From an uncultured Candidatus Saccharibacteria bacterium (GTDB lineage Bacteria > Patescibacteriota > Saccharimonadia > Saccharimonadales > Saccharimonadaceae), in NCBI GenBank assembly GCA_937859515.1, contig CALMAK010000018.1, forward strand, positions 16,215 to 40,214: a stretch of 24,000 nucleotides of DNA, given 5' to 3'. Under the pieces are notes generated by a model. The model did no database searches. It saw only the letters and a list, made by a program, of their open reading frames with translations, and was not told the origin of the DNA. The stretch's first letter is position 1. Every line of letters begins with the position of its first letter. The position numbers were made by a program, and so were the translations under genes. Positions 1 to 8,539 of this stretch are shown in pieces.

Positions 1-1
1 T

Positions 2-994
2 ACTTTCGATAACTTCATTGTTGGATCGAGTAATGACCTTGCCTACACTGCATCACAGGCCGTAGCCGCAAATCCAGGTGAAAAATATAATCCTATATAT
101 TTTTACGGTGGTGTAGGCTTGGGTAAAACCCACCTTATGCAGGCGATTGGTAACGAGATTATTCGCCGCCAACCAGACGCACGTGTGTTATATATCAGCA
201 GCGAGACGTTTGTTAATGAATTCCTAGATCATATCAGGTTTAAGAAAAAAGGATTTTCTGATAAATACCGCAATGTTGATGTGTTGATTGTTGACGACAT
301 GCAGTTCATTGCTGGTAAAGAAAAGACTCAAGAGGAATTCTTCCATACTTTTAACCACCTCCACCAGAACAATAAACAAATAATCATCAGTAGCGATAAG
401 CCACCGCGTAGTATCCCTACACTAACTGAACGCTTGCGTAGTCGATTCGAAATGGGCATGGCAATTGATATCCAGATGCCTGATTTCGAGACGAGGTGTG
501 CCATTATTACTGCAAAGGCTGCAATGTCGAACGTTGAACTCGCACGCGATACGGTTGAATATCTTGCAACAAATATCAAGACTAATATTCGTGAGCTTGA
601 GGGTGTACTAAACCAACTACTTGCCTATGCAGAAATGCGTGGCATTGAGCCAGATCTTACTACCGCCGAAGGGTTGATCGGAAATGTCAGGGCAACTCGC
701 CCGCAACATCTCACAGCGCGACAAGTTATCGATAAGACTGCACGACACTTCCAAATTAAAGTAGACGAGATATGTAGCGCTAAACGCGATAAACATATTG
801 TTGTGCCACGCCAGATTGCAATGTATCTTTTGCGTAGTGAATTACACTTAAGTTTTCCAAAAATAGCTTCAGAACTAGGCCGTAAAGACCATACTACTGC
901 AATTCACTCTGTTGATAAGATCGAAAAAGCTATTAAACTCGATAGTGTAGTGCGTGAACAAGTCGCAATAATTAAGGAGAACCTTTATGGGTAA
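2..994 (+). CDS. dnaA: Chromosomal replication initiator DnaA (N-terminus lies upstream of the window)
   Basis: The frame is open from base 2 (TFDNFIVGSSNDLAYTASQAVAANPGEKYNPIYFYGGVGLGKTHL...). It has an AAA+ Walker A (GGVGLGKTH), a Walker B (VLIVDDMQF) and the C-terminal DNA-binding signature ELGRKDHTTAIHSVDKI. The ORF-track start at 119 is an internal TTG. Confidence 0.95.
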   Translation, partial: TFDNFIVGSSNDLAYTASQAVAANPGEKYNPIYFYGGVGLGKTHLMQAIGNEIIRRQPDARVLYISSETFVNEFLDHIRFKKKGFSDKYRNVDVLIVDDMQFIAGKEKTQEEFFHTFNHLHQNNKQIIISSDKPPRSIPTLTERLRSRFEMGMAIDIQMPDFETRCAIITAKAAMSNVELARDTVEYLATNIKTNIRELEGVLNQLLAYAEMRGIEPDLTTAEGLIGNVRATRPQHLTARQVIDKTARHFQIKVDEICSAKRDKHIVVPRQIAMYLLRSELHLSFPKIASELGRKDHTTAIHSVDKIEKAIKLDSVVREQVAIIKENLYG

Positions 995-1273
995 GTTGTT
1001 GCCAGGTCTCTGTGGAAAGATTGTGAGAAACCTGCGAACTATCCTATGGACAACTTGTGATCGTCTTTCCACACCTATTGTAAAAAAGATATTTAACTCA
1101 CAACAAGATGCGAAAAACTACCTAACAACCCACCGTTTATACCAACGCATTTCCGACCGATTATCCCCAGCTAGAATTACCAAAATACCTCTTATGAACA
1201 CTATTTTTACCCAGTTTCCACAACACCTACTATTACAACCACTAAAGAAAAAATTAGAAAGGTAATAACAATA
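995..1273. promoter_or_regulatory. Putative oriC segment: DnaA-box cluster in the dnaA-dnaN spacer
   Basis: This 279-nt non-coding spacer holds several near-consensus DnaA boxes (consensus TTATCCACA). They are TGTGGAAAG 1011-1019 (reverse orientation), TATGGACAA 1045-1053 (reverse), cTTTCCACA 1065-1073, TTATCCCCA 1161-1169 and gTTTCCACA 1214-1222. An A-rich stretch (aaagaaaaaattagaaaggtaataacaataatg) lies just before dnaN. Confidence 0.6.
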
Positions 1274-2374
1274 ATGGAACTAACTGTTACTCAAGAAAAT
1301 CTCACACGAGCACTAGCTGCAGTAAGTCGTGTTGCCAGCACTAAGACGCAGTTGCCAATTTTAAATAATATTCTTTTAAGAACAGATGGTACACGTTTGT
1401 TAGTTGCAGCAACAAATCTCGAAATTGCTAGTACGCAATATGTTGGTGCAAAGATCGTGTCCCATGGATCGATTACCATCCCTGCTCGATTAGTATCAGA
1501 ATTTGTGGCGAGTCTACCGAAAGGTTCAGTTGAATTGAAGGTAACAAACGATAAACTTTCAATTACGAGTGGTCGGTATACATCGGTGGTAAATGGGGTT
1601 GTGGCGGATGAATTTCCAGAACTACCAACAATTGATGAGTCGTCCTCAATTCAATACAGTATTACAGCTGAGGATTTTAAACAAGCCGTCTCTCAAACTA
1701 TCATTACAACTAGTAGTGATTCGACACGTCCAATACTAACTGGAGTGTATTGGCACTCGTTTGAAGGTTCATTATATCTTGCCTCGACTGACGGCTATCG
1801 CTTATCTGAGCGGCGCCTTGTCGAGACATCTAGTGAAGTATCGGCGATTATCCCCACTCAGACTCTTCAGGAAGCACTACGACTCATCACAGATGGTATA
1901 GATGAAGTTGAGGTGTTATTTGATGAAACACAGGTAAGATTTAGATTAAATGAGGCGGAGATTGTCAGTCGTTTGATCGACGGTAACTTCCCTGACTATC
2001 GTCAGTTAATTCCTGATGAAATGTCAATCAGTGGTGTCATTGCACGAGACGACTTTGTGCGTATTACTAAGATTGCAGGGTTATTTGCGCGTGAATCCGG
2101 CGGTAGCATTACATTGACGCTGGACACAGCTGAAAATATAATTTCAATTCATTCTATTGCATCGGAACTTGGTGAGAATACGTCCGAAGCATCTGCTGAG
2201 GTAACGGCAGATGGTGTGATTACACTTAACTCACGATATGTTAGTGATGCATTATCAGTGATTGATGGTGATAAGATAGAGTTTTCATTTAACGGAAAAA
2301 TGTCACCGTCTGTACTGCGTAATGTTGGTAAAGATGTGAATTACTATCATGTCATTATGCCGCTAAAGAGTTAA
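1274..2374 (+). CDS. dnaN: DNA polymerase III beta sliding clamp
   Basis: 366 aa, in the canonical position after dnaA. The N-terminus is typical (L..AL..V.RV....T.LPIL.N.LL), as are the three-domain length and the C-terminal end ...HVIMPLKS. Confidence 0.93.
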   Translation: MELTVTQENLTRALAAVSRVASTKTQLPILNNILLRTDGTRLLVAATNLEIASTQYVGAKIVSHGSITIPARLVSEFVASLPKGSVELKVTNDKLSITSGRYTSVVNGVVADEFPELPTIDESSSIQYSITAEDFKQAVSQTIITTSSDSTRPILTGVYWHSFEGSLYLASTDGYRLSERRLVETSSEVSAIIPTQTLQEALRLITDGIDEVEVLFDETQVRFRLNEAEIVSRLIDGNFPDYRQLIPDEMSISGVIARDDFVRITKIAGLFARESGGSITLTLDTAENIISIHSIASELGENTSEASAEVTADGVITLNSRYVSDALSVIDGDKIEFSFNGKMSPSVLRNVGKDVNYYHVIMPLKS

Positions 2375-2379
2375 AACGT

Positions 2380-3420
2380 ATGAAGATTCGCCGGTTGTCG
2401 GTTCAGAATGTTAGGTCTCATAACGAGAAGACTATTGAATTATCTCCACAAACGACAATATTGACCGGTAGTAATGGTATTGGTAAGACAACGCTTCTTG
2501 AAGCGATTTATATAGCATTACAGGGCTCATCTTTTAAGGGTGTTGATTCTGATATCTTGGCACATAGTGCACCGTGGTATCGTATTGATGTCATGACGGA
2601 TGAGGATATGGTGCGATCGGTTACTTTTGATCCATCGCGGACGAGTGGCAAAAAAAGATTTATTATTAATGAAAAAATTTCATACCGTATGTCGCCACGG
2701 GATAAATACCCGGTGGTGTTATTTGAGCCTGAAGATTTACGGCTACTACACGGTTCACCGTCGCGAAGGCGGCAGTTTATTGATCATTTTATATCACAGA
2801 TCAGCCCGACATATAGTACGACACTGCGACGTTATGACCGAGCGCTAAAACAGCGTAATACACTATTAAAACGTGATACCGTTACGAATGAGGACTTGTT
2901 TGTATGGAATGTTGCACTTAGTGAGCATGGCGCACGTATCATTGAACAGCGTATTTATGCAGTGGAGATGATTAATAAACAGCTAAATGATCATTATCGT
3001 GATATTGCACAAACTAACGATGTGATATCGGCGCACTATTCTGATACCTATATCGGTAACTTATCACAAAAAATCCTTCGTGAGTTAGAGGCGAAGTTAT
3101 CGTATGATAAGGCAGTGAAACACACGAGTATTGGCCCACACCGTCACGATATTATATTTCGTTTTAACGACTCACCCGCCCTATCGGTTGCCTCACGTGG
3201 TGAAGTTCGTACTATTTTATTGGCGCTAAAAAGAATTGAAACTCGTCTCATTAGTGATCTGACGGGACAGGATCCAATTATTCTTCTGGATGACGTGTTT
3301 AGTGAACTCGACATCACTCGACAGTCACATATTGTATTGGGCGAAAATAACCAAACAATCATTACGACGACGGACTTTGATTCAAACAAAAGCGATGTAC
3401 TGATACAGGAGCTATCGTAA
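2380..3420 (+). CDS. recF: DNA replication/repair protein RecF
   Basis: 346 aa. It has an SMC-type Walker A (LTGSNGIGKTTLLEAI), a signature-like SRGEVRTILLALK and a Walker B (IILLDDVFSELD). The gene order dnaA-dnaN-recF is the usual synteny. Confidence 0.9.
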   Translation: MKIRRLSVQNVRSHNEKTIELSPQTTILTGSNGIGKTTLLEAIYIALQGSSFKGVDSDILAHSAPWYRIDVMTDEDMVRSVTFDPSRTSGKKRFIINEKISYRMSPRDKYPVVLFEPEDLRLLHGSPSRRRQFIDHFISQISPTYSTTLRRYDRALKQRNTLLKRDTVTNEDLFVWNVALSEHGARIIEQRIYAVEMINKQLNDHYRDIAQTNDVISAHYSDTYIGNLSQKILRELEAKLSYDKAVKHTSIGPHRHDIIFRFNDSPALSVASRGEVRTILLALKRIETRLISDLTGQDPIILLDDVFSELDITRQSHIVLGENNQTIITTTDFDSNKSDVLIQELS

Positions 3421-3424
3421 ACTT

Positions 3425-4045
3425 CTAGTTGGTAGTTGTTGAGGGGATACTGCTATTTATTGCGCTTCTAATCGGTTGAGGAACTTCCGAAAAACTATTA
3501 TCAATAATTAGGACTGGTCGGTTTACAAGACTCCATTCCTTGCCATCATATTTCATAATAAAACGAAAATAATCTTTCTTATTATTTATAGTGGAGTTTT
3601 TATTGTAGAGTATCGCACCATACCAGTTTGCATTATCAAATAGTTGCGCGTCTACAATCGTATAAGAGTCCATAAGGGAGCCGTATTTATCCTGTAATAA
3701 AGTAAGGGCGCTCAAGGTGGTCCTATCTACAAGCCCTCCAAGATAATCTGTAGTATATGGCATATCCACCGAGAATTTATTTGATTGTAGTGCTCGGGAT
3801 ATTGAGATAGTCTTATTTGTCGAGTCAAATTTTTTATCCTTGGTGCGTATTTGGTATTCCCCTGGTGTTATCCATAGAGAATCACCGTCTTTTATATTGT
3901 CGTATCGTATATCTCCAGCTTTATTCGTGAGGTAGATTGACTCTATATCTTCTGAAATAGAGAAAGTGGCTGAACGTGGTGAGAGGAAGACACCGAGAAG
4001 AATCACGCCAATAATAACACCAATGATTATTAATTTAGTTTTCAT
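3425..4045 (-). CDS. Bitopic membrane protein, type B paralogue (N-terminal TM helix, PEGA-like beta domain, C-terminal W/YFRF domain); last gene of the T4SS-like operon
   Basis: The ORF track gives 3425..4096. I prefer the ATG at 4043-4045 (MKTKLIIIGVIIGVILLGVF...) because GGAGGA (revcomp of 4054-4059) lies 8 nt upstream. The segment ITPGEYQIRTKDKKFDSTNKTISI looks PEGA-like. The C-terminal part (NWYGAILYN...DYFRFIMKYDGKEWSL) parallels the 6015..6617 product. Confidence 0.75.
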   Translation of the reverse strand: MKTKLIIIGVIIGVILLGVFLSPRSATFSISEDIESIYLTNKAGDIRYDNIKDGDSLWITPGEYQIRTKDKKFDSTNKTISISRALQSNKFSVDMPYTTDYLGGLVDRTTLSALTLLQDKYGSLMDSYTIVDAQLFDNANWYGAILYNKNSTINNKKDYFRFIMKYDGKEWSLVNRPVLIIDNSFSEVPQPIRSAINSSIPSTTTN

Positions 4046-4670
4046 TAAAAGGATCCTCCATATCGTAAAACTCAAACTTATAGATGGATAGATCATATCC
4101 CTTCTTTATTAGATAATTAATGGCATCTTGACGATACTGTTCCGTCGCTCTAATAGTTACGATGACCGTCTCTTCGGATGGATCTGCGGGATCATTTTTA
4201 TACCCTATCTTAAATAGCATGTTAGATATGGGGAGCTCTTTTACGATAGGATTCTTGTTTTTTACGGCAATTCCCTTGTTAACCGCTGCGTTACCTGCGA
4301 AGCTTTCGAATTCTCTCACCTTCTTCTGATTATTCTTTAACCACTCATTGGCCGCCTCAGTTTCCGCCTGTAGCTGCACAATTAAAGAAGGGCTAGACGA
4401 AGAGTCGGTTATAGTAATTTTTCTGCTCTCAGAAACAAACCCGTCGCGGGATACTTCGTATTGATAATCTCCTGCTTTAAGATATATTTTTGACCCTGAT
4501 CGTACTATTTGATCATTAATTAATACTACTGCATCGTCAGGTATTGTATGAACAGGCACCTCCACCTTGCCCTGTTCTTCTAATGACCGAGATATGCCTA
4601 TAATGGCGGCTATGATAACTGCTATCGCGAAAAATATACAAATAAATATAACAATCTTCTTTTGTGTCAT
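4035..4670 (-). CDS. Bitopic membrane protein, type A paralogue (TM helix, PEGA-like domain, C-terminal GY...PF motif domain)
   Basis: The ORF-track start at 4700 is a GTG. The ATG at 4668-4670 (MTQKKIVIFICIFFAIAVIIAAIIG) follows gaaagga and lies 4 nt after the stop of the upstream gene. A PEGA-like block is present (IPDDAVVLINDQ...LKAGDYQYEVSRDGFVSESRKITI). The C-terminal AINYLIKKGYDLSIYKFEFYDMEDPF matches the end of the 6614..7417 product. Confidence 0.75.
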   Translation of the reverse strand: MTQKKIVIFICIFFAIAVIIAAIIGISRSLEEQGKVEVPVHTIPDDAVVLINDQIVRSGSKIYLKAGDYQYEVSRDGFVSESRKITITDSSSSPSLIVQLQAETEAANEWLKNNQKKVREFESFAGNAAVNKGIAVKNKNPIVKELPISNMLFKIGYKNDPADPSEETVIVTIRATEQYRQDAINYLIKKGYDLSIYKFEFYDMEDPFNEN

Positions 4671-4674
4671 GATT

Positions 4675-6009
4675 TTATCCTTTCTTCCTGAACCACTCAC
4701 CGCTTGAGTCGGTTATACTTTCACCTCCGGCCATGGGGACTCGTTCGTCCAAGGACGCAGAGGCAATTTTAGAATTAATGCCAGGCACATCACCGATAAA
4801 TACAAAAGTATGACCATCGGATATCCATACATCGCCTGGCTGTAAACTTGCTGCATCGATAGAACCGGCGTTACCTAGATTTTGCCAGTTAGCTCTTAGC
4901 CAATCTCTTTGCGTACCTGTTGGTCCGGCACCCTCTGATATTTTAGAATTGTGATTATAGGTAGGATCGAACCCGCTATCAATAATGAGAGTAGTGACAA
5001 ATCCACCACAGTCCGCGTAATAAGTAGGCGATCCGACGTATCGGCCTGCTGCTACAGCTGTGTCCTGTGCCTTTACGTATTCGGGCTTAGCTTTGTCGGC
5101 CCCAGCGTAAGGAGCGCTGTGATAGTCAGGGAGGACGTAGCCGGATACAAGGCCGGCGAGTCCTTCGGCGTTTGCACCACACGAACCTCCGCTATTACCA
5201 GAGAATTTTTCATAGAAGTCGAGGCCGTACTGCATTCGTTCAATAATACTTCCGTGGCCAGGGTCGGGTACTACTTGGTCGCCAGATATAACGAATCTCG
5301 CATGAATATGTAGTAAACTTCCTTTTCCCTTCATTTCCTCAACGTTGCCGAATTGTCGCTTTGGCGCCGTTGATTTGAGACCTTCGAGATAAGACATCTC
5401 ACCAACAGTGGTTTCGCTACTAAATTGTTCCCAGCCACCATACGACGCCTCCATCTCATCCCAAAGATAGTTGAGCTGAACTAAGAGGCCTTTGTCTCGA
5501 TTTGCGTCATTGTAATCTGCTGGAGTTATGCCGGCCGCCGCAAGTGCTGCCTCAACCCCTGGTCGACGTCCGCCCGTCCATTGAACAATTCCAAAACCTT
5601 GTCCTCCATGATATGATGCCCCTTCTAATCCCCACGGGTTCATACCGTGTGACTCCTTCTCTAAGTTACCCATCATACCAGCGGTAACAACGGGAGATAA
5701 TCCTCTTCCTGTGAAATAATTCCACACCTTTTCGTAATTATCTTCACCAGATAGGCTCGTAGGCGCCGACCCTCCTATTGATCCACCGCCGGTACTACAT
5801 CCAGCATCGCAGGGGTCTATGAATTGTATATCATTTTTCGAGTAAAAATCTGCACGCGCCTCTCTATCCGCCTCACTACAGCCGAGGGCATCAGCGGTGT
5901 TGGGCGCGATGATTGTTTGGGCGCTACTTGTAATGAGGGATAGTCCAACTAAAAGCGCAATGGATGCTATGCGTATTCTTTTCCCTTTATTCTTATCTCT
6001 TTTTACCAT
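4675..6009 (-). CDS. Secreted/anchored bifunctional cell-wall hydrolase: lysozyme-like (phage-tail-lysozyme-type) N-domain plus NlpC/P60-type cysteine peptidase C-domain (CwlT/VirB1 analogue)
   Basis: An N-terminal signal/anchor is present (KRIRIASIALLVGLSLITSSAQ). The motif VTAGMMGNLEKESHGMNP...GFGIVQWTGGRR resembles the phage tail lysozyme family. The C-terminal ADCGGFVTTLI...GDVWISDGHTFVFIGD fits the NlpC/P60 Cys...His pattern. Confidence 0.8.
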   Translation of the reverse strand: MVKRDKNKGKRIRIASIALLVGLSLITSSAQTIIAPNTADALGCSEADREARADFYSKNDIQFIDPCDAGCSTGGGSIGGSAPTSLSGEDNYEKVWNYFTGRGLSPVVTAGMMGNLEKESHGMNPWGLEGASYHGGQGFGIVQWTGGRRPGVEAALAAAGITPADYNDANRDKGLLVQLNYLWDEMEASYGGWEQFSSETTVGEMSYLEGLKSTAPKRQFGNVEEMKGKGSLLHIHARFVISGDQVVPDPGHGSIIERMQYGLDFYEKFSGNSGGSCGANAEGLAGLVSGYVLPDYHSAPYAGADKAKPEYVKAQDTAVAAGRYVGSPTYYADCGGFVTTLIIDSGFDPTYNHNSKISEGAGPTGTQRDWLRANWQNLGNAGSIDAASLQPGDVWISDGHTFVFIGDVPGINSKIASASLDERVPMAGGESITDSSGEWFRKKG

Positions 6010-6014
6010 AATAG

Positions 6015-6617
6015 TTACATTATATCCTGTTTGTATAAATCATAAACAATATCAAGAGGTATATCTTTGCTAGGAGCTTCACTTTTATTGATGGCTATTG
6101 TAGGGGTGATAGTGAATTCCCACGAGTCATCCTTTTTCTTCAGAATGAATCGATAAATATCGTTAGGTTTATCGTTTAGATTAATTTTTCCATAAGCCCA
6201 AGCACCCGTCTCGTGGATAGAAAGGCTTTTAACGGTTATATTACCAGTTGCAGAGTACCTCTTTGAAATCATTTCTATTATACCGGCACGCTCTTGCTCC
6301 AGTAACTTTAATCGATAACTCTCGAGATATTTTGGTGTCACAGTTATCTCTTGATTGTCGTTGGTGTGAAAAGATATGATCTCTTTCTGGTAATTTGTAC
6401 CAGCGATAATGTAAAAATACGCTCCTTTTTCCAGGGTTACGTTACTAGAGTTGTCTATTTTGGTTACTTTTTTACCATCTTCGGTTACGATTTCGACGGT
6501 ATATCCAGATCCACGAAGATCAAAACGTACCTCTCTCCGAGAAAGTAGGTAGTCGGCTCCAGCCCAGATAGCGAGTCCGATGGCAATAATACTAATAACT
6601 ATGATTAAGCGCTTCAT
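6015..6617 (-). CDS. Bitopic membrane protein, type B paralogue (TM, PEGA-like domain, W/YRF domain)
   Basis: The N-terminus MKRLIIVISIIAIGLAIWAG is a TM helix. The segment LEKGAYFYIIAGTNYQKEIISF is PEGA-like. The C-terminal AWAYGKINLN...DIYRFILKKKDDSWEF parallels the 3425..4045 product. Its start overlaps the upstream stop in an ATGA (6614-6617). Confidence 0.75.
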   Translation of the reverse strand: MKRLIIVISIIAIGLAIWAGADYLLSRREVRFDLRGSGYTVEIVTEDGKKVTKIDNSSNVTLEKGAYFYIIAGTNYQKEIISFHTNDNQEITVTPKYLESYRLKLLEQERAGIIEMISKRYSATGNITVKSLSIHETGAWAYGKINLNDKPNDIYRFILKKKDDSWEFTITPTIAINKSEAPSKDIPLDIVYDLYKQDIM

Positions 6618-7417
6618 TCAAATGGATTCCTGTAATTAACAAAAGTAATATTGAAATCAGGAACTTTATAACCAAGGGAGAATATATAGGAAAGAGCAGA
6701 TTCTTTATCTGTCCCGTCAATAGAGAGGTCGGTTGATGAAGTATTGATTTGTCTAATATGAAAGTTATCACGATCCACCCTGTTGAGTCCGCCGACGTAT
6801 ACAAAACTTTCGTTAGATCCAATTTTTACAAGGGCTTTCCGATAACGATCTTCCGACGATATGAAGATCGTTGCTGTAAAAGGCACTGTGTTATCAGTAT
6901 CACCAAGCTGTATCCTTCCCTGTATCATTGACTGGTTAACGGTAATGGAGTTTATATCTATGGAGAGAGTTTTATATTTTGCGCCCAGGTCGTCACTTCC
7001 GTACCGCAGTATTGCTGTGGCTATGTCGTTAGGTATTGAACCAACGTCATCCATCGACTTTGATAACTCGTAACTAAGGTGGGGTATGCCGTACACTTTT
7101 ATCTTATGTATGCGCACCCCGGGTATTTCGGCGTTTGGATCAAGGGATCCTCCGAGATCTGTCGAGAATGCCGGATCTATTTCAATATCTATACTAGTCC
7201 CTTCGTCTGTGATACGTGGAGTTGCAGGGCTATTCTTCTCTTCGGTTGGTGAAGGTGTTGTGGTAGTGGCGTCTTGTTCTGTTGCATCTTTGTTGGTCTG
7301 CTCGGTTGTATCCTTTGTGCTTTTCGGGGTCAAGGCGTAGATAGTGAGACCGATTATTAATATACCCAAGATGACTCCAGTTGCGATTACTATTCTTAAG
7401 GGTCTTTTATCTATCAT
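6614..7417 (-). CDS. Bitopic membrane protein, type A paralogue (TM helix, Thr/Glu-rich linker, globular domain ending in the GY...PF motif)
   Basis: A TM helix is present (LRIVIATGVILGILIIGLTIYAL), followed by a low-complexity linker (TKDTTEQTNKDATEQDATTTTPSPTEEK). The C-terminal ALSYIFSLGYKVPDFNITFVNYRNPFE aligns without gaps to the end of the 4035..4670 product. Confidence 0.75.
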   Translation of the reverse strand: MIDKRPLRIVIATGVILGILIIGLTIYALTPKSTKDTTEQTNKDATEQDATTTTPSPTEEKNSPATPRITDEGTSIDIEIDPAFSTDLGGSLDPNAEIPGVRIHKIKVYGIPHLSYELSKSMDDVGSIPNDIATAILRYGSDDLGAKYKTLSIDINSITVNQSMIQGRIQLGDTDNTVPFTATIFISSEDRYRKALVKIGSNESFVYVGGLNRVDRDNFHIRQINTSSTDLSIDGTDKESALSYIFSLGYKVPDFNITFVNYRNPFE

Positions 7418-7420
7418 AGG

Positions 7421-8455
7421 CTATTGCGTTATTGAGTGATCGCAACCTCCATCGGGACAGAGTTCGACACCACCAAGCCTCATAAACTCTGCCGGATTAA
7501 CAAATTTCGACCAAGTACATCTTCCCAGGGGTAGTTTGGCAACTTCCGGGTTAGTATTCTCGTCTATGTCAACTTCGAAATGGAGGTGCGCGCCAAATGA
7601 ATATCCCGTGTTACCTACATATCCTAATTGATCACCCGCTTTAACAACTTGACCGGTTGTGACGATAATATATCCGTCATCCATGTGGAGATATCTGGTT
7701 CGATATCCATCGGGATGTTTAACATATACAGAGTTGTTATAGTCACCTGTGACTTCAACAGTACCGCCATGAGCCGCTAATACAGGGGTTGTATATCTTG
7801 CTCCGACTAGGTCATACCCGTTGTGCCAAGGTGTTATGCCTCCGCACGATACACTTCCAACATCTGGACGTGGTCCTCCAAATCCTTCACTTACGCGAGT
7901 ACCATCTGCGATAGGATGGACGAAGGTATCATCTATTTGACCAGCTGAGGTTTCGCCGCCCTCTTCCTCATCTTCGCCATTTATTGATTGAAGTATTTGG
8001 TAGTCAATAAGGAATACGGCGATTGCCTGGATGGCCTTTGGATTTTTTACGCCTTCAACTTTTTCCTCATCATCATCTTCAGCTAGCGCACAGCTGGCTG
8101 TAGTTTCTTCACCGTCATCATTAGTATACGTTTCATTACCCTGAAGGCACCCGCTTCCATTTGTTGTAGAATTACCTTGACCATCCGAGGTTACGCAACC
8201 GCCGGCGTTAAATATGTAGTCACCGGTATCGGGGTTACTACAGGAATTTATAAACTCATACAATAGGTTATCTTTGCGGATGAATCCATTTCCGCTGTAT
8301 CCATCCTCATTATCGCCACTTTTTGGCATAAGTTCTTCAATAGTCGCCCCCTCGGGGATTTCTGGACAATCTTCACCTTCACCACTAGCTGTACTGTCGG
8401 CATTACAAATCCAACCTTCGTCTTGTAGGAGGTTGATTGCCTCAGCTGTTGACAT
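7421..8455 (-). CDS. M23 (LytM-type) metallopeptidase with an acidic, Cys-rich N-terminal region; no signal peptide
   Basis: The M23 motifs HNGYDL (HxxxD) and GNTGYSFGAHLHFEV (HxH) are present. The N-terminal ~190 aa are Asp/Glu/Gly-rich with 8 Cys. There is no hydrophobic N-terminus and no Shine-Dalgarno before the ATG. Confidence 0.85.
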   Translation of the reverse strand: MSTAEAINLLQDEGWICNADSTASGEGEDCPEIPEGATIEELMPKSGDNEDGYSGNGFIRKDNLLYEFINSCSNPDTGDYIFNAGGCVTSDGQGNSTTNGSGCLQGNETYTNDDGEETTASCALAEDDDEEKVEGVKNPKAIQAIAVFLIDYQILQSINGEDEEEGGETSAGQIDDTFVHPIADGTRVSEGFGGPRPDVGSVSCGGITPWHNGYDLVGARYTTPVLAAHGGTVEVTGDYNNSVYVKHPDGYRTRYLHMDDGYIIVTTGQVVKAGDQLGYVGNTGYSFGAHLHFEVDIDENTNPEVAKLPLGRCTWSKFVNPAEFMRLGGVELCPDGGCDHSITQ

Positions 8456-8539
8456 ATTTGCCTGGGTTTTTGTAATACCAGTACAAGGCAGGCCTGCAAT
8501 ATAAAGGGGGGGTGTTGTGTTTTGACTGTTTGTGTCTAG

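Noticed and set aside
987-1265. 92-aa ORF filling the dnaA-dnaN spacer
   Set aside because: It overlaps the dnaA stop and has no SD. Its composition looks random and basic. It coincides with the DnaA-box cluster, so the region is better explained as oriC or non-coding.
8456-8539. Hidden lipoprotein signal for the M23 peptidase in the upstream spacer (the IAGLPC motif)
   Set aside because: Only 28 codons are open upstream before the TAA. They contain no hydrophobic h-region and no plausible start codon with an RBS, and Pro at position -1 is not a canonical lipobox residue.
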